From positions 4,577-68,576 of the forward strand of contig QJVM01000155.1 of the NCBI GenBank assembly GCA_003235715.1: DNA of 64,000 bases. The letters run 5' to 3'. This document shows positions 8,856-18,410 of this stretch, one piece after another. This DNA comes from Nitrospirota bacterium. Lineage in GTDB: Bacteria > Nitrospirota > Thermodesulfovibrionia > SZUA-242. The translations under genes and the position numbers were made by a program. The number at the start of each line of letters is the position of its first letter. Within the stretch, counting starts at the first letter, position 1. The notes under the pieces were generated by a model that saw only the letters and a list, made by a program, of their open reading frames with translations, did not search any database and was not told the origin of the DNA.

Positions 8856-10787
8856 TCAGAGTGCGCTCCGGACCCGGGCCACCAGCCGCCCCAGTTCAGG
8901 GCAGGAAACCTCCAGGAGGTCTTTCTCAACGAGGGAAACGGCCGGTTCCATGAAACGAAGGAAGCGCTTTTTGTTTCGGACATTGGAAAGAAAAGCATAG
9001 GCCCCGAGCGCCTGCATATGACGCTGTATCCTGCAGGCCGGCAGGCTCTGCATAAATTCGACAGGGTCAAAGCCCTTATGCTCCTTGCGCAGAAACAGAT
9101 ACTGATTCACCAGAGACTCCCGCAGGCCCTGCGGAAGGCTGACATAGGGGTCCCAAAGGAGCGAGGCCAGGTCATAGGCCGGAGGACCGATACGGGCTCC
9201 CTGGTAATCAATCAGCACCGGTTCCCCGGACCCTGGCAGCATGACGTTCTGTGACTGGAAATCCCGATGTACCACGGAAGGACGAAAAGCTGCGGCCGCA
9301 CGGGCCAGATCATCCAGCTCATCGGAAAGTGCCAACTCGTTGTCGAGGGCCAGTTTCATATGTCGGTTTATGAATTCTGAAAGAAAATAAGAGGACTCCC
9401 ACCTGAAATGTGCGAAATCAAAGGCGCGGAAGTCTGTCCTCCCCTTCTCTGGTTCCGCCCCAAGAGGAAGTCCATGCACCAAGGCCATGGTCCGAAGCAC
9501 TTGCTCGTAAATGCGCTGCACCTCGACCACCGGACGGCGACACTTCATCCAGGTGTACAACGAAACGTCCCCCAGGTCCTCGAAAGCCGCCAGCCCGGCG
9601 CTCTTATCAAGACCCAGAAGTTGAGGAACCCGAACCCCGTGTCGGGCGAAAAACTCTGTATACCGGATATGCCTATTGAAATCGGGGTCCGTGGCATCGC
9701 AACAGGCAAGAACACAGGTTCGCCCGACCTGTTCGGCTCGCATATAGCGTCTTGGAGAACCGCCAAATCCGATCTCCCGGAACCGGGCATGCTCCATCCC
9801 AAGCTCGGACAACAGGGGCGACCCGGAGACTTCTTCGGGACTCCGGTCCTTGTCCCCAAGGAGAGAAACCCTCACTTCATAATCCGGGCCCACAAGCGCT
9901 TCTCGGACAGACCTGTCGGAAGGCACTATGGCCCCGGGAAGCAGGATCACATCCTGCAGCACGGCCCCCCGTCCCACCGTCGCGCCCTCCTCCATGACCA
10001 CATGTCCCTTCAGAACCGCACCGTCACAGCCACTCGAGCCGGGATGCAGGTAGACAGACTCACCCTCTCGATCCAGCAGGTGAAAAACCGCGCGGGCATA
10101 GTTCTCTGCCGTGCCCAGGTCGCTCCAGAACAAGCCGTCTAGCTTGAGGGTGCCTATGCGCTGGCCGTGAGCGAGGGCATGCAACCATGAGGGCACCACG
10201 TGGGACACACCGGCGGGGAGGTAATCCAGGAACATGGGTTCGTAGGCCGCGATCCCGGTAAATGCAACCACCGAGGCCGTTTCACTTCCGGAAGGTTTGC
10301 CCCCGTCGACCAGCCCCGCCAGGAAACCGTCCGTGTCCACCCTGAGCCGGTTGTAGGCAGGACAATCGTGCACAACCAGGGTCACCAGGTTGCCGGAACG
10401 GGCATGGTGGCGGATCAGGAGACTGACGTCAAGGTCACAAAGAACGTCGCCGTTATAGACGATAAACGGTGCCGAACGAAGGAAGTCAGCCGCATTGATG
10501 AGACCGCCCCCCGTCCCGAGCAGGGCCGTTTCCCGGAACAGGCGGACGTGAGGCCTGAAGTGTGAGCGGCTCACCCAGTTTTCCAGTCGCTCGGCAAGGT
10601 GATGCGTATTGATGCCGACCTCGCGGACGCCTGCCCCCACAAGTCTGGTCATCACACGTTCAATTACCGGCAGCCCAAGCACGGGCATCAGAGGCTTGGG
10701 CAGATGCCGGGTAATCGGAAGGAGTCGCTCGCCGTGTCCTGCGGATGGGATAAAGGCACGAAACAAGGGCATCATAGGTCGAGGCAA
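8856..10787 (-). CDS. bifunctional N-acetylmuramate-alpha-1-phosphate uridylyltransferase (MurU-like NTP-transferase, N-terminal) / anomeric MurNAc/GlcNAc kinase (AmgK-like, APH-fold, C-terminal)
   Basis: 643 aa. The N-terminal ~230 aa is a nucleotidyltransferase fold (AGHGERLLPITRHLPKPLMPVLGLPVIE). The C-terminal ~350 aa is an aminoglycoside-phosphotransferase-like kinase (VVHRDFQSQNVML...LIDYQGARIGPPAYDLASLL). It lies immediately downstream of NamZ. Confidence 0.75.
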   Translation of the reverse strand: MPRPMMPLFRAFIPSAGHGERLLPITRHLPKPLMPVLGLPVIERVMTRLVGAGVREVGINTHHLAERLENWVSRSHFRPHVRLFRETALLGTGGGLINAADFLRSAPFIVYNGDVLCDLDVSLLIRHHARSGNLVTLVVHDCPAYNRLRVDTDGFLAGLVDGGKPSGSETASVVAFTGIAAYEPMFLDYLPAGVSHVVPSWLHALAHGQRIGTLKLDGLFWSDLGTAENYARAVFHLLDREGESVYLHPGSSGCDGAVLKGHVVMEEGATVGRGAVLQDVILLPGAIVPSDRSVREALVGPDYEVRVSLLGDKDRSPEEVSGSPLLSELGMEHARFREIGFGGSPRRYMRAEQVGRTCVLACCDATDPDFNRHIRYTEFFARHGVRVPQLLGLDKSAGLAAFEDLGDVSLYTWMKCRRPVVEVQRIYEQVLRTMALVHGLPLGAEPEKGRTDFRAFDFAHFRWESSYFLSEFINRHMKLALDNELALSDELDDLARAAAAFRPSVVHRDFQSQNVMLPGSGEPVLIDYQGARIGPPAYDLASLLWDPYVSLPQGLRESLVNQYLFLRKEHKGFDPVEFMQSLPACRIQRHMQALGAYAFLSNVRNKKRFLRFMEPAVSLVEKDLLEVSCPELGRLVARVRSAL

Positions 10788-10801
10788 CGATCCCGCACCG
10801 T

Positions 10802-11980
10802 TCAGTAAAGGAAATGTCTTGAGGCAGTCCGTTTCATAAACGCGGCGACCTCGGACTTCCAGCCGCGTTCCATTTCCCGTAAGTGCCGTCCCGATTCAAG
10901 GTCGCTGCGAAACCCGTCGGACCCTGCCAGGATATCGATGGGAAGTTTCTTGTTTTCATATTCATACGGCGGGCGCTTCCAGCGAAACTGACGGGGATAG
11001 AGGTCCATGACCGCCCGGAGCACCGCCGCCCCCGTGAGAAAAGGCCGGAACCGCGTTCGGTCCAGGACGTGAATCTGGGCTCCACCACAGAGCCTTCCCG
11101 CGTGTTTCTGAAACGTAGGCTGGAAAAACAAGGGTCTGAAATGGACCGCGGGCAATCTGAAGTCCCGGAGACGGGAAACGAGACGTTCCGTCTCTATAAA
11201 TGGAGCTCCGAAGATTTCGAAAGGTCTGGTGGTACCGCGCCCTTCGCTCAGGTTCGTACCCTCGAGCAAACACATGCCAGGGTAAACAAAGGCGGTATCC
11301 ACCGTGGGCATGTTCGGGGAAGGCAGGCACCAGGGGAGTCCGGTCGCTTCAAAGTCATAAGACCTCTTCCACCCGTTCATCCCGATCACAAACATTTGCA
11401 GATCCGGGTGAAACGTGTCCCTCAAGTACCCCGCGACCTCGCCCATAGTCATGGCATGCCGGACCGGAAGCCTCCGGCGCCCCACAAAGGACGCCCATCC
11501 TTCCTCCAGTACAGGGCCCTCTGCGTGAATACCGCCGATGGGATTGGGTCGGTCCAGAACGACCAGGGCCTTACCCGCCTTGGCCAACGCGTCCATGCAA
11601 AGGTCCAGAGTCCAGATAAACGTGTAATACCGCGCACCCACATCCTGAAGGTCCACCGCCAGAACGTCGATGGACTCCAGCATGGCCGCGGTCGGCGTTC
11701 GGGTCTTCCCATAGAGACTGAACACCGGCACCCCCAAAAGACGGTCCCGGTATCCCGTCCATTCGATCATGTTGTCCTGAGTCTGGCCCAGAAATCCGTG
11801 CTGGGGACCGAACAGGGCCGTGAGGCACACCACACGCGTCCTTGAGAAACGCTCCCGGGCGTGGCCATACCGGGCATCGATCGATGCGGGATGCGCAAGA
11901 AGACCAACACGCGCTCCCCTGAGACTCTGAGGCCAGGCGGAAGGGAACCGGTCCAGACCAGTCTCTACGTGCTGTGGCAT
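10802..11980 (-). CDS. namZ: DUF1343 family protein (exo-beta-N-acetylmuramidase NamZ-like)
   Basis: 392 aa with a DUF1343/NamZ-type N-terminus (GLDRF...LRGARVGLLAHPASID) and the conserved FGPQHGF and VFPD/LQDVGARYYT blocks. Confidence 0.75.
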   Translation of the reverse strand: MPQHVETGLDRFPSAWPQSLRGARVGLLAHPASIDARYGHARERFSRTRVVCLTALFGPQHGFLGQTQDNMIEWTGYRDRLLGVPVFSLYGKTRTPTAAMLESIDVLAVDLQDVGARYYTFIWTLDLCMDALAKAGKALVVLDRPNPIGGIHAEGPVLEEGWASFVGRRRLPVRHAMTMGEVAGYLRDTFHPDLQMFVIGMNGWKRSYDFEATGLPWCLPSPNMPTVDTAFVYPGMCLLEGTNLSEGRGTTRPFEIFGAPFIETERLVSRLRDFRLPAVHFRPLFFQPTFQKHAGRLCGGAQIHVLDRTRFRPFLTGAAVLRAVMDLYPRQFRWKRPPYEYENKKLPIDILAGSDGFRSDLESGRHLREMERGWKSEVAAFMKRTASRHFLY

Positions 11981-12019
11981 GAAGGGCGAACCCGGACACT
12001 GCGGATTCCGGATGTTGTC

Positions 12020-12700
12020 CTATTCATATTCGACGAGATCACGATAACGATACACTTCCGAAAGCACAACGTCCACGAATGCTTCATCATGCCCGAACTT
12101 GGCCAGCATCTTGTCCCGAAGCGAACCGTCCTCGGGCCCCAGATAGGAGGTCTTCCGGTGCAGGGCGGCATCAGAGAAATCCACAGCGGAGATGATTCGG
12201 GCGATATCGACAACCTCCCTCAGCGTCTCCGGTCCCATATCGTCCGGAATTTCATCGCACCGGATACCGTAGGTTCCGCCTCCCCCCATCTCATGGTGCA
12301 GCCCGGCGATCAGGGCCGAAAAGAGATGGACATCCTTGAGCAGGGCAAATCCCTTCTCGGCATGCTCGGTGATCCGCCGATACTCTTCCGGGCTTACGTC
12401 GTGCCCGTCGAAGAGTTGAGCCGGAAGGAGGATCTTTCCATAGTCGTGGAGCAGTCCGCCGTAAAAAGCGGCACGAGAATCCCGTCCGGTCTGGCGGGCC
12501 ACCCGGTCAGCCGCCAGGGCCACGCGACACGTGTGAGACTTGACCGTGGGGTCAAACCGGTTCAGGGCATTGAGGTAGTCGTGGCACGTGTCGGCAATAT
12601 GGCCTCGGTTACCGTAAACCTCGAAGCGGCCTTCGATGAGTTCCGATAGGGTCATTCCGTTCTTGAGGGGTCTCCGGCCCGGCGTCTTTGTCTCTTCCAT
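12020..12700 (-). CDS. HD-domain metal-dependent phosphohydrolase
   Basis: 226 aa with H...HD (GGLLHDYGK) and a downstream HxxxG...D pattern. It heads the HD-namZ-murU/amgK - strand operon. Confidence 0.7.
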   Translation of the reverse strand: MEETKTPGRRPLKNGMTLSELIEGRFEVYGNRGHIADTCHDYLNALNRFDPTVKSHTCRVALAADRVARQTGRDSRAAFYGGLLHDYGKILLPAQLFDGHDVSPEEYRRITEHAEKGFALLKDVHLFSALIAGLHHEMGGGGTYGIRCDEIPDDMGPETLREVVDIARIISAVDFSDAALHRKTSYLGPEDGSLRDKMLAKFGHDEAFVDVVLSEVYRYRDLVEYE

Positions 12701-12794
12701 GCCCGGGCTTTCATTTTGCTATAATCGGTCTCACAAACCGGACGGGGACTCCTCGTCCGTCAATCCCGGAGCCCCGTCCCGCATCCCTCATTGC

Positions 12795-13865
12795 ATGAAG
12801 ACACCGACTTTCAACCGGACCGTCTTCCGCGAACTGGTTTACACGTTTTCGCTGACCCTGGTTCTTTCCAGCACGGTGCTGCTCTTTGAAAGCCTGTACC
12901 GGATCATGAAGATGAGTCAGGGAGTCCCCATGCGCGAGGTCGTGAAACTCATCGTGTGGATTCAGCCGTCGTTTCTCGTTCTGGGAATACCGATGTCCCT
13001 CTTGATTGCCGTCCTGGTGGTCTATGGACGCATGACCATGGACAACGAGACCATTGCCCTCTCCGCCCTTGGAACTCCGTTTTCAATCATAGCACGCCCC
13101 GCCGTAGGTTTCAGTGCCCTGTGCCTTGTCCTGGCCCTCGGTGTAAGCCTGTATTTCTTCCCCCTCGGCAACCGCCTCTTCCGCGAAACCCTGTACGAAG
13201 CCATGACGAGTCACCTGTCCATCGATCCGGGCGTTATTAACGACCAGTTTCCAAACCTTCTCCTCCAGGCCAATATCAAGCATGACGATCGGACCTTCGG
13301 GGAACTCTTTCTGTATAACACAAAGGACCCGGAACGTCCCGTGGTCGTGACGGCACGCAGAGGCGAGGTGTATTCGGATCCCCAACGGGGAGTCTTCCAG
13401 TTTGTGCTTGAGGATGGGGACGTCCATGTGAACACCTCCGGGACGTCGTATACCTATCTGACCTTTGGTCGGTATTTCATGGAATTCAGTCTTGCCGGAG
13501 CCGGTGTGGCCTATGGCGGGACAGAAATGTTTATTCCGGAACTCTGGAAGGCCGCTACACGAGGGCCGGAAGACAAACGGCAAAGCCGCCTGACCCAGTT
13601 CCACAAACGTCTGGCCCTTCCCGTTTCCTGTCTGCTTCTGGGCTATCTGGCCCCAGGACTGGCCGGGTTCGTGGGGCGCGCGGGCCGGCTCGGGGGGTTT
13701 GCCCTGGCCCTGGTGGTGATATGCGGCTACTACGCCCTTCTGGTATTCGGGGAAAGTCTCGCCCGGACGGGCCAAATGCCGGCCGGGGTCGCCGTATGGG
13801 GCGCCAATGGCCTTCTGGGCATCGTGGCACTCAGCGTATATCGCTGGAAGTCCCGCGGCCCCTAG
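12795..13865 (+). CDS. lptF: LPS export ABC permease LptF (YjgP/YjgQ family)
   Basis: Start moved to ATG 12795 because the ORF-track start overlaps the divergent HD gene. It has 6 TM helices plus a periplasmic beta-jellyroll (FRELVYTFSLTLVLSSTVLLF...) and is paired with lptG. Confidence 0.8.
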   Translation: MKTPTFNRTVFRELVYTFSLTLVLSSTVLLFESLYRIMKMSQGVPMREVVKLIVWIQPSFLVLGIPMSLLIAVLVVYGRMTMDNETIALSALGTPFSIIARPAVGFSALCLVLALGVSLYFFPLGNRLFRETLYEAMTSHLSIDPGVINDQFPNLLLQANIKHDDRTFGELFLYNTKDPERPVVVTARRGEVYSDPQRGVFQFVLEDGDVHVNTSGTSYTYLTFGRYFMEFSLAGAGVAYGGTEMFIPELWKAATRGPEDKRQSRLTQFHKRLALPVSCLLLGYLAPGLAGFVGRAGRLGGFALALVVICGYYALLVFGESLARTGQMPAGVAVWGANGLLGIVALSVYRWKSRGP

Positions 13866-13901
13866 GCGTACGGAACGGATGTCCAACAGGGACCCAAACC
13901 C

Positions 13902-14975
13902 ATGACCATCCTTACACGCATGTACCTCCGACAAAGCCTGAACGTTCTGGCACTGACGGTTTGCGCCGTACTCAGCCTGTCCCTGTTGTTCGAGTTCTTT
14001 GAAGTCGTGAAATCGGCCTCGAAGACGGATGCTTCCATGGGACTCGTGGTTCGCTATCTTGCCTACGCCGCTCCCCGCTATGCGGTTTTCGCCATTCCCC
14101 TGGGCGTTCTGCTTTCCACGATGATTGTTCTGGGAATGTCCGCCCGGAAACAGGAACTGACAGCCGTCCGCTCCCTTGGCGGGTCCCTTCGCCGGATGTC
14201 CCTTGTCTTTGTCGCCATGGGATTCTTCTGGACAGGGGTCACCTACCTCCTTTCCGAATACATCATCCCGGAGGCTTCGAAGAAAGCCGTGCACATCCTG
14301 ACCGTGGAAATCGAGAAGAAGGAAACCCAGGGTTCCTATCTGCGCGACAAACACTGGCTTCGGATGAGAAACGGAGGGCTCGCCGAGATCGACGTCATGT
14401 CCGGCGATGAAATCCGGGGGGTCTCCCTTTATGAGTTCAAAAGCGGCATGGAGAAAAGAATCGAGGCCTCCGGAGGACAGTGGAAAGAAAACCGGTGGGT
14501 CCTCACGGACGTTGAAATCTTTACGTTCCGTGACGGGGCCATGACGACGGAACGCTCGGACACCCTTGAGGTATACATCCTGCCAGCTCCCCGTTTGCTC
14601 CGGGAAGAACAGAGAAAGCCGGATGAGATGACATTCAGGGAACTTCGGACCTATGCCCGCAACCTGGAGAGAGCGGGCATACGTGCCGACCGATACCGGG
14701 TCACGCTTCAGAGCAAGACGGCTTTTCCTCTCGTCTGTGTGGCCATGGGCCTGTTAGGGGCCGGACTGGCGTTGCGGGAGCGCTCAGGAGGGTCACGCTT
14801 CCGGATGATCGCTCTCTGCACGACGGTCATCGTCGCCTATTGGGGCCTGAACATGCTCATGCTCTCTCTGGGTTATGTGGGCCGCATTCCGCCCGTGGCT
14901 TCGGCGTGGCTGACCCCCGTCGTGTTTCTGGGTGGAGGCTCCTTTGTTTTTCTGCGGGCCGAAAGGATTCAATAG
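13902..14975 (+). CDS. lptG: LPS export ABC permease LptG (YjgP/YjgQ family)
   Basis: 357 aa with the YjgP/YjgQ architecture (MTILTRMYLRQSLNVLALT...), immediately after lptF. Confidence 0.8.
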   Translation: MTILTRMYLRQSLNVLALTVCAVLSLSLLFEFFEVVKSASKTDASMGLVVRYLAYAAPRYAVFAIPLGVLLSTMIVLGMSARKQELTAVRSLGGSLRRMSLVFVAMGFFWTGVTYLLSEYIIPEASKKAVHILTVEIEKKETQGSYLRDKHWLRMRNGGLAEIDVMSGDEIRGVSLYEFKSGMEKRIEASGGQWKENRWVLTDVEIFTFRDGAMTTERSDTLEVYILPAPRLLREEQRKPDEMTFRELRTYARNLERAGIRADRYRVTLQSKTAFPLVCVAMGLLGAGLALRERSGGSRFRMIALCTTVIVAYWGLNMLMLSLGYVGRIPPVASAWLTPVVFLGGGSFVFLRAERIQ

Positions 14976-15019
14976 CCGTGAAAGACTGTCCGGAGATCGA
15001 GGGGAATGAAAAGGAACGC

Positions 15020-15802
15020 ATGATAGAGGTGGGTGTCGTCCAAATGTCGATCCGGGACGGCCAGGTGGAGGAGAATCTCGAAACGGCGCTTGGCCTCATC
15101 TCGGATTTCCCCGGAGGGCAGATTTACCTCCTGCCGGAACTGTTCACGACGGGTTACGCCTATGAGGCGTGGCCGGCCGCGGGAAATGCCTATGAAGGGA
15201 TTCTTGAGAGACTTTCCTTCTTTTCGCGGGAGGTCGGAGCCGTAATTTGCGGGACCGTGATCGCCCGGGAAGCGGACGGCCTTTTCAACAGAATGGTGGC
15301 GGTTTTTCCGGATATGAGGCCCGTGGTGGCCTATAACAAAGTACACCTGTTCAGACCCATGAAGGAGGAGCAACACCTGCGCCCCGGGAGGTCGATTACG
15401 GGCTTTGCGCACGCCGGCCTCCAGTGGGGTATGGCCGTCTGTTACGACCTCCGTTTCCCTTCGATGTTCCAGCACATGGCACCAACCACGGACGTGTTTC
15501 TGGTCCCCTCCGAATGGCCCGAACCTCGTTGTGAAACCATGAAACTCATGGCCCGGGCCCGCGCCGCGGAGAACCAATGCTATCTCGTTTTGTCCAACCG
15601 CTGCGGTGGAGACCAGGCGGGAACCTTTTTCTGCGGTCATTCCATGATCATCGGACCTGATGGGCGCGTGATGGCCGATGCTGTACACGAGCAGACCGTG
15701 CTGCGTCTGCCGTTGTTTACTCGCGAAGTTCGTTCAGTTCGCAACCTGATGAATGTCCTTGTCGATAGGGTGGACGGGATAGACTCGGAGGCCTCAGACT
15801 GA
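15020..15802 (+). CDS. carbon-nitrogen hydrolase (nitrilase/omega-amidase superfamily)
   Basis: Start at ATG 15020 (MIEVGVVQM). The E-K-C catalytic triad context is present: the Glu in YLLPELF and the Cys in GMAVCYDLRFP. Confidence 0.8.
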   Translation: MIEVGVVQMSIRDGQVEENLETALGLISDFPGGQIYLLPELFTTGYAYEAWPAAGNAYEGILERLSFFSREVGAVICGTVIAREADGLFNRMVAVFPDMRPVVAYNKVHLFRPMKEEQHLRPGRSITGFAHAGLQWGMAVCYDLRFPSMFQHMAPTTDVFLVPSEWPEPRCETMKLMARARAAENQCYLVLSNRCGGDQAGTFFCGHSMIIGPDGRVMADAVHEQTVLRLPLFTREVRSVRNLMNVLVDRVDGIDSEASD

Positions 15803-15818
15803 CCTCATCACGACGCAG

Positions 15819-15847
15819 TTGACAGACGCCAGGTTCCCATGTAAGCT
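15819..15847 (+). promoter_or_regulatory. candidate sigma70-type promoter at the 5' end of the long rho leader
   Basis: TTGACA (15819-15824), a 17-nt spacer, then TAAGCT (15842-15847). It is the only good -35 match in the 645-nt AT-richer gap upstream of rho. Confidence 0.35.
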
Positions 15848-16447
15848 AACGACAGTCGCACTTCCAGTTCAGACCGCACGTTACCCGTACTCCAGCAACG
15901 TTTTCTCTAGGTCAAACGAAACGCATCTCCATAAATTCCTTTTTGGCGTAGTAAGGTCCGTCATCGTTTGAAAACAAAATGAAACATTATGGAAGTCGGG
16001 TTCGGAGGGAGGCCGGGGAATTTTCGGTCGTTTAAAGTTCAAAAGCGCTATATCCGATACTTTAGGCATATCTGCATAACGGGTGATTCGAAGCGTCCGT
16101 GCTCCTCGGAATGCGAAGGAACGATCACCCTCCCAACAGGGTCATACCTGATTTCATACAGGTCGCACGAAACTCTATCTCCTTAACCAATACCGTCTCA
16201 CAGGATACGAACGAATCACGGCGTCCAGATAACGCGGACAGTTCGAAGGATTCAGACCTTTCTGGAACGAAGTTGGTGAACCAGACCATACCGGGGTGAC
16301 TGGGGGTTCCGGTCCGTTTCGGGACTTTCCCAAATCCTTGACCGTTTGGCCGCCGGATGGATTTTAGACATACGGGGTTCTGAGCTGTAACGCCCGCCTG
16401 TGCGGGACCATTTCCGAAGATTCAGACAGATGCAAGAGGTTGTGAAG

Positions 16448-17830
16448 ATGGATAACCCAAGCGAAACCAAGTCCGCAGCGCCGCGTGCGCCAAGGAGTTC
16501 CCGAACTCCGCGCAACAACCCTACAGTCGCGCGAACCGAACGTGTTCCAAACGGGACCGATGACAAGCGGACGCCTCGCATGAACATTACAGAGCTGAAG
16601 GCGAGAACCACGGAGGAACTCACCCAGATGGCCGCTTCACTGAATATTGAGGGAGCCAGCGGCCTTCGGAAACAGGACCTGATTTATGCCATCCTGCAGG
16701 CCCAGACCGAAAAAACCGGCAACATCTTTGCCCAGGGAGTACTTGAAATCCTCCCCGACGGTTTCGGTTTCCTCCGCTCGCCGGATTTCAGTTACCTTCC
16801 CGGGCCAGACGATATTTACGTTTCCCCTTCCCAGATTAGGAGATTCAATCTCAGAACAGGAGATCTGGTTACCGGACAGATACGTCAACCCAAGGACAAT
16901 GAGCGCTACTTCGCTCTTCTCAAGGTGGAGGCCATAGGACATGAGCCGCCCGAAAACTCCGTCCAGCGCCAGCTCTTTGATAATCTGACGCCCTATTACC
17001 CCACGGAAAAACTTCACCTGGATTACGCACCGGAGAACTATTCCACAAGGGTTATGGATCTGATCACCCCTGTCGGGAAAGGGCAAAGAGGACTGATCGT
17101 GGCGGCTCCCCGGACCGGAAAGACCATGCTTCTCCAGAACGTGGCCGTGGCCATTCGGAACGCCAACCCGGAGGTTCATCTCATCATCCTCCTCATCGAT
17201 GAGAGGCCGGAGGAGGTCACCGACTGGAAGCGCACCGTCGAAGGCGCGGAAGTCATCAGTTCCACCTTTGACGAACCGGCGCAGAGGCATTGTCAGGTGG
17301 CCGAAATCGTCATTGAACGGGCCAAGCGGATCGTGGAGAGCAAAAAGGACGTGGTGATTCTTCTGGACAGCATCACCCGCCTCGCCCGAGCCTACAATGC
17401 CATCATCCCCACGAGCGGCAAGGTCCTTTCCGGCGGTCTCGATGCCAACGCCCTTCAGAGACCCAAGCGGTTCTTCGGCGCCGCCAGAAACATCGAGGCC
17501 GGGGGATCGCTCACGATCCTCGCCACGGCTCTGGTCGATACCGGGAGTCGTATGGATGACGTCATCTTTGAGGAATTCAAGGGAACCGGGAACATGGAAC
17601 TCCACCTGGACCGGAAACTGGTGGAGAAGCGGATATTCCCCACCATAGACATCAACGCCTCCGGAACGCGGAAAGAGGAACTGCTCGTGGAGAAGGATGC
17701 CTTGAACAAGATATGGATCCTGAGAAAGGTTCTTCACCCGCTCAGTTCGGTAGAAAGCATGGAGTTTATCCTGAGCAAGCTGAGAGGGACCCGGAACAAT
17801 ACCGAGTTCCTGGAAATGATGAACAAATAG
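16448..17830 (+). CDS. rho: transcription termination factor Rho (with a ~45-aa basic/disordered N-terminal extension)
   Basis: Start at ATG 16448 (an AGAGG RBS is upstream). It has the [41 protein letters not shown]-terminal domain, an OB/CSD-like RNA-binding region, and RecA-type Walker A (AAPRTGKT), Q-loop and R-loop motifs. Confidence 0.9.
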   Translation: MDNPSETKSAAPRAPRSSRTPRNNPTVARTERVPNGTDDKRTPRMNITELKARTTEELTQMAASLNIEGASGLRKQDLIYAILQAQTEKTGNIFAQGVLEILPDGFGFLRSPDFSYLPGPDDIYVSPSQIRRFNLRTGDLVTGQIRQPKDNERYFALLKVEAIGHEPPENSVQRQLFDNLTPYYPTEKLHLDYAPENYSTRVMDLITPVGKGQRGLIVAAPRTGKTMLLQNVAVAIRNANPEVHLIILLIDERPEEVTDWKRTVEGAEVISSTFDEPAQRHCQVAEIVIERAKRIVESKKDVVILLDSITRLARAYNAIIPTSGKVLSGGLDANALQRPKRFFGAARNIEAGGSLTILATALVDTGSRMDDVIFEEFKGTGNMELHLDRKLVEKRIFPTIDINASGTRKEELLVEKDALNKIWILRKVLHPLSSVESMEFILSKLRGTRNNTEFLEMMNK

Positions 17831-17867
17831 AGTCGACGCCCCTTATATGCCGGGGTTCGCCGTTTTT

Positions 17868-18410
17868 TCATTTTCCGGACCCGGATTCCGGCTGAGTTCG
17901 TCTGTTCATGATCTTTTCCAGGGTATCCCGGTAGGTGGCCGTGGCGACGGCATCACCGGCCTTCATCGCCAGGTCGACGGCCTGACGGGACAGGTTCTCC
18001 GCCTCCTCAAGGTCTCCTCCCCGCTCCAGCATCAGCCAGGCCAGGTTATTCAGGGCTTCGGCACATTCGGGCTCCAAATCCAGTGCGACCCGGTAGTGTT
18101 GTTCCGCAGTGTCATACTTTCCTTTACCAAACCAGGCGTTGCCCAGGCACAGTTCGGCCCTGGCCCGGTGCTTGCCTCTCCGCGCCAACTCGTATTGGCC
18201 AATCGCGAGGTCCCACTCCCCTCTTTGTTCGTAGGCCGCACCCAGAGCGAGATGGTCCTCCGGGCCGAGGGGGTCCTCGATCACCCGGATGCTCGGTCCG
18301 GTACACGCGGCTCCGGGAAAGAGCAATACGGCCATCATCAATACCGAGAGGATTTTCAACGACCTTCTCCTGGGCTCAGAAACATGCCCCACCGACCCGT
18401 ACGTTCCCAT
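17868..18410 (-). CDS. secreted/lipoprotein TPR-repeat protein
   Basis: 180 aa with a signal peptide (RRRSLKILSVLMMAVLLFPGAAC) followed by 3-4 TPR units (ALGAAYEQRGEWDLAIGQYELA...AEALNNLAWLMLERG). Its 5' end overlaps the upstream C39-like gene by ~55 nt if ATG 18410 is the start. Confidence 0.65.
   Translation of the reverse strand: MGTYGSVGHVSEPRRRSLKILSVLMMAVLLFPGAACTGPSIRVIEDPLGPEDHLALGAAYEQRGEWDLAIGQYELARRGKHRARAELCLGNAWFGKGKYDTAEQHYRVALDLEPECAEALNNLAWLMLERGGDLEEAENLSRQAVDLAMKAGDAVATATYRDTLEKIMNRRTQPESGSGK

Noticed and set aside
13083-14354. Long antisense ORFs in the six-frame track (e.g. 13083-14354 - opposite lptF/lptG; 5448-6353 + opposite secD; 19386-20759 + opposite gspD; 22427-24091 +; 25530-26606 +; 34647-35615 +; 40519-41532 +; 44911-46563 - opposite dxs; 46958-47950 -; 52570-54333 - opposite dnaK)
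   Set aside because: Each lies opposite a gene with unambiguous family-wide similarity. Their translations are Arg/Gly/Pro/His-rich low-complexity sequence typical of stop-codon-poor antisense frames in >60% GC DNA. None has RBS or start context or recognisable motifs.
16270-16345. tRNA-like T-loop candidates (agttcgaagg; ggttccggtcc) in the rho leader
   Set aside because: The sequences violate the T54-Psi55-C56-R57-A58 pattern and lack a matching acceptor stem or anticodon arm, so no cloverleaf could be built.
17831-17867. Intrinsic terminator between convergent rho and the TPR gene
   Set aside because: Only a weak 4-5-bp stem (gcccc...ggggt) precedes the T-run ttttttcatttt. That is insufficient to call, although it may serve as a bidirectional terminator.
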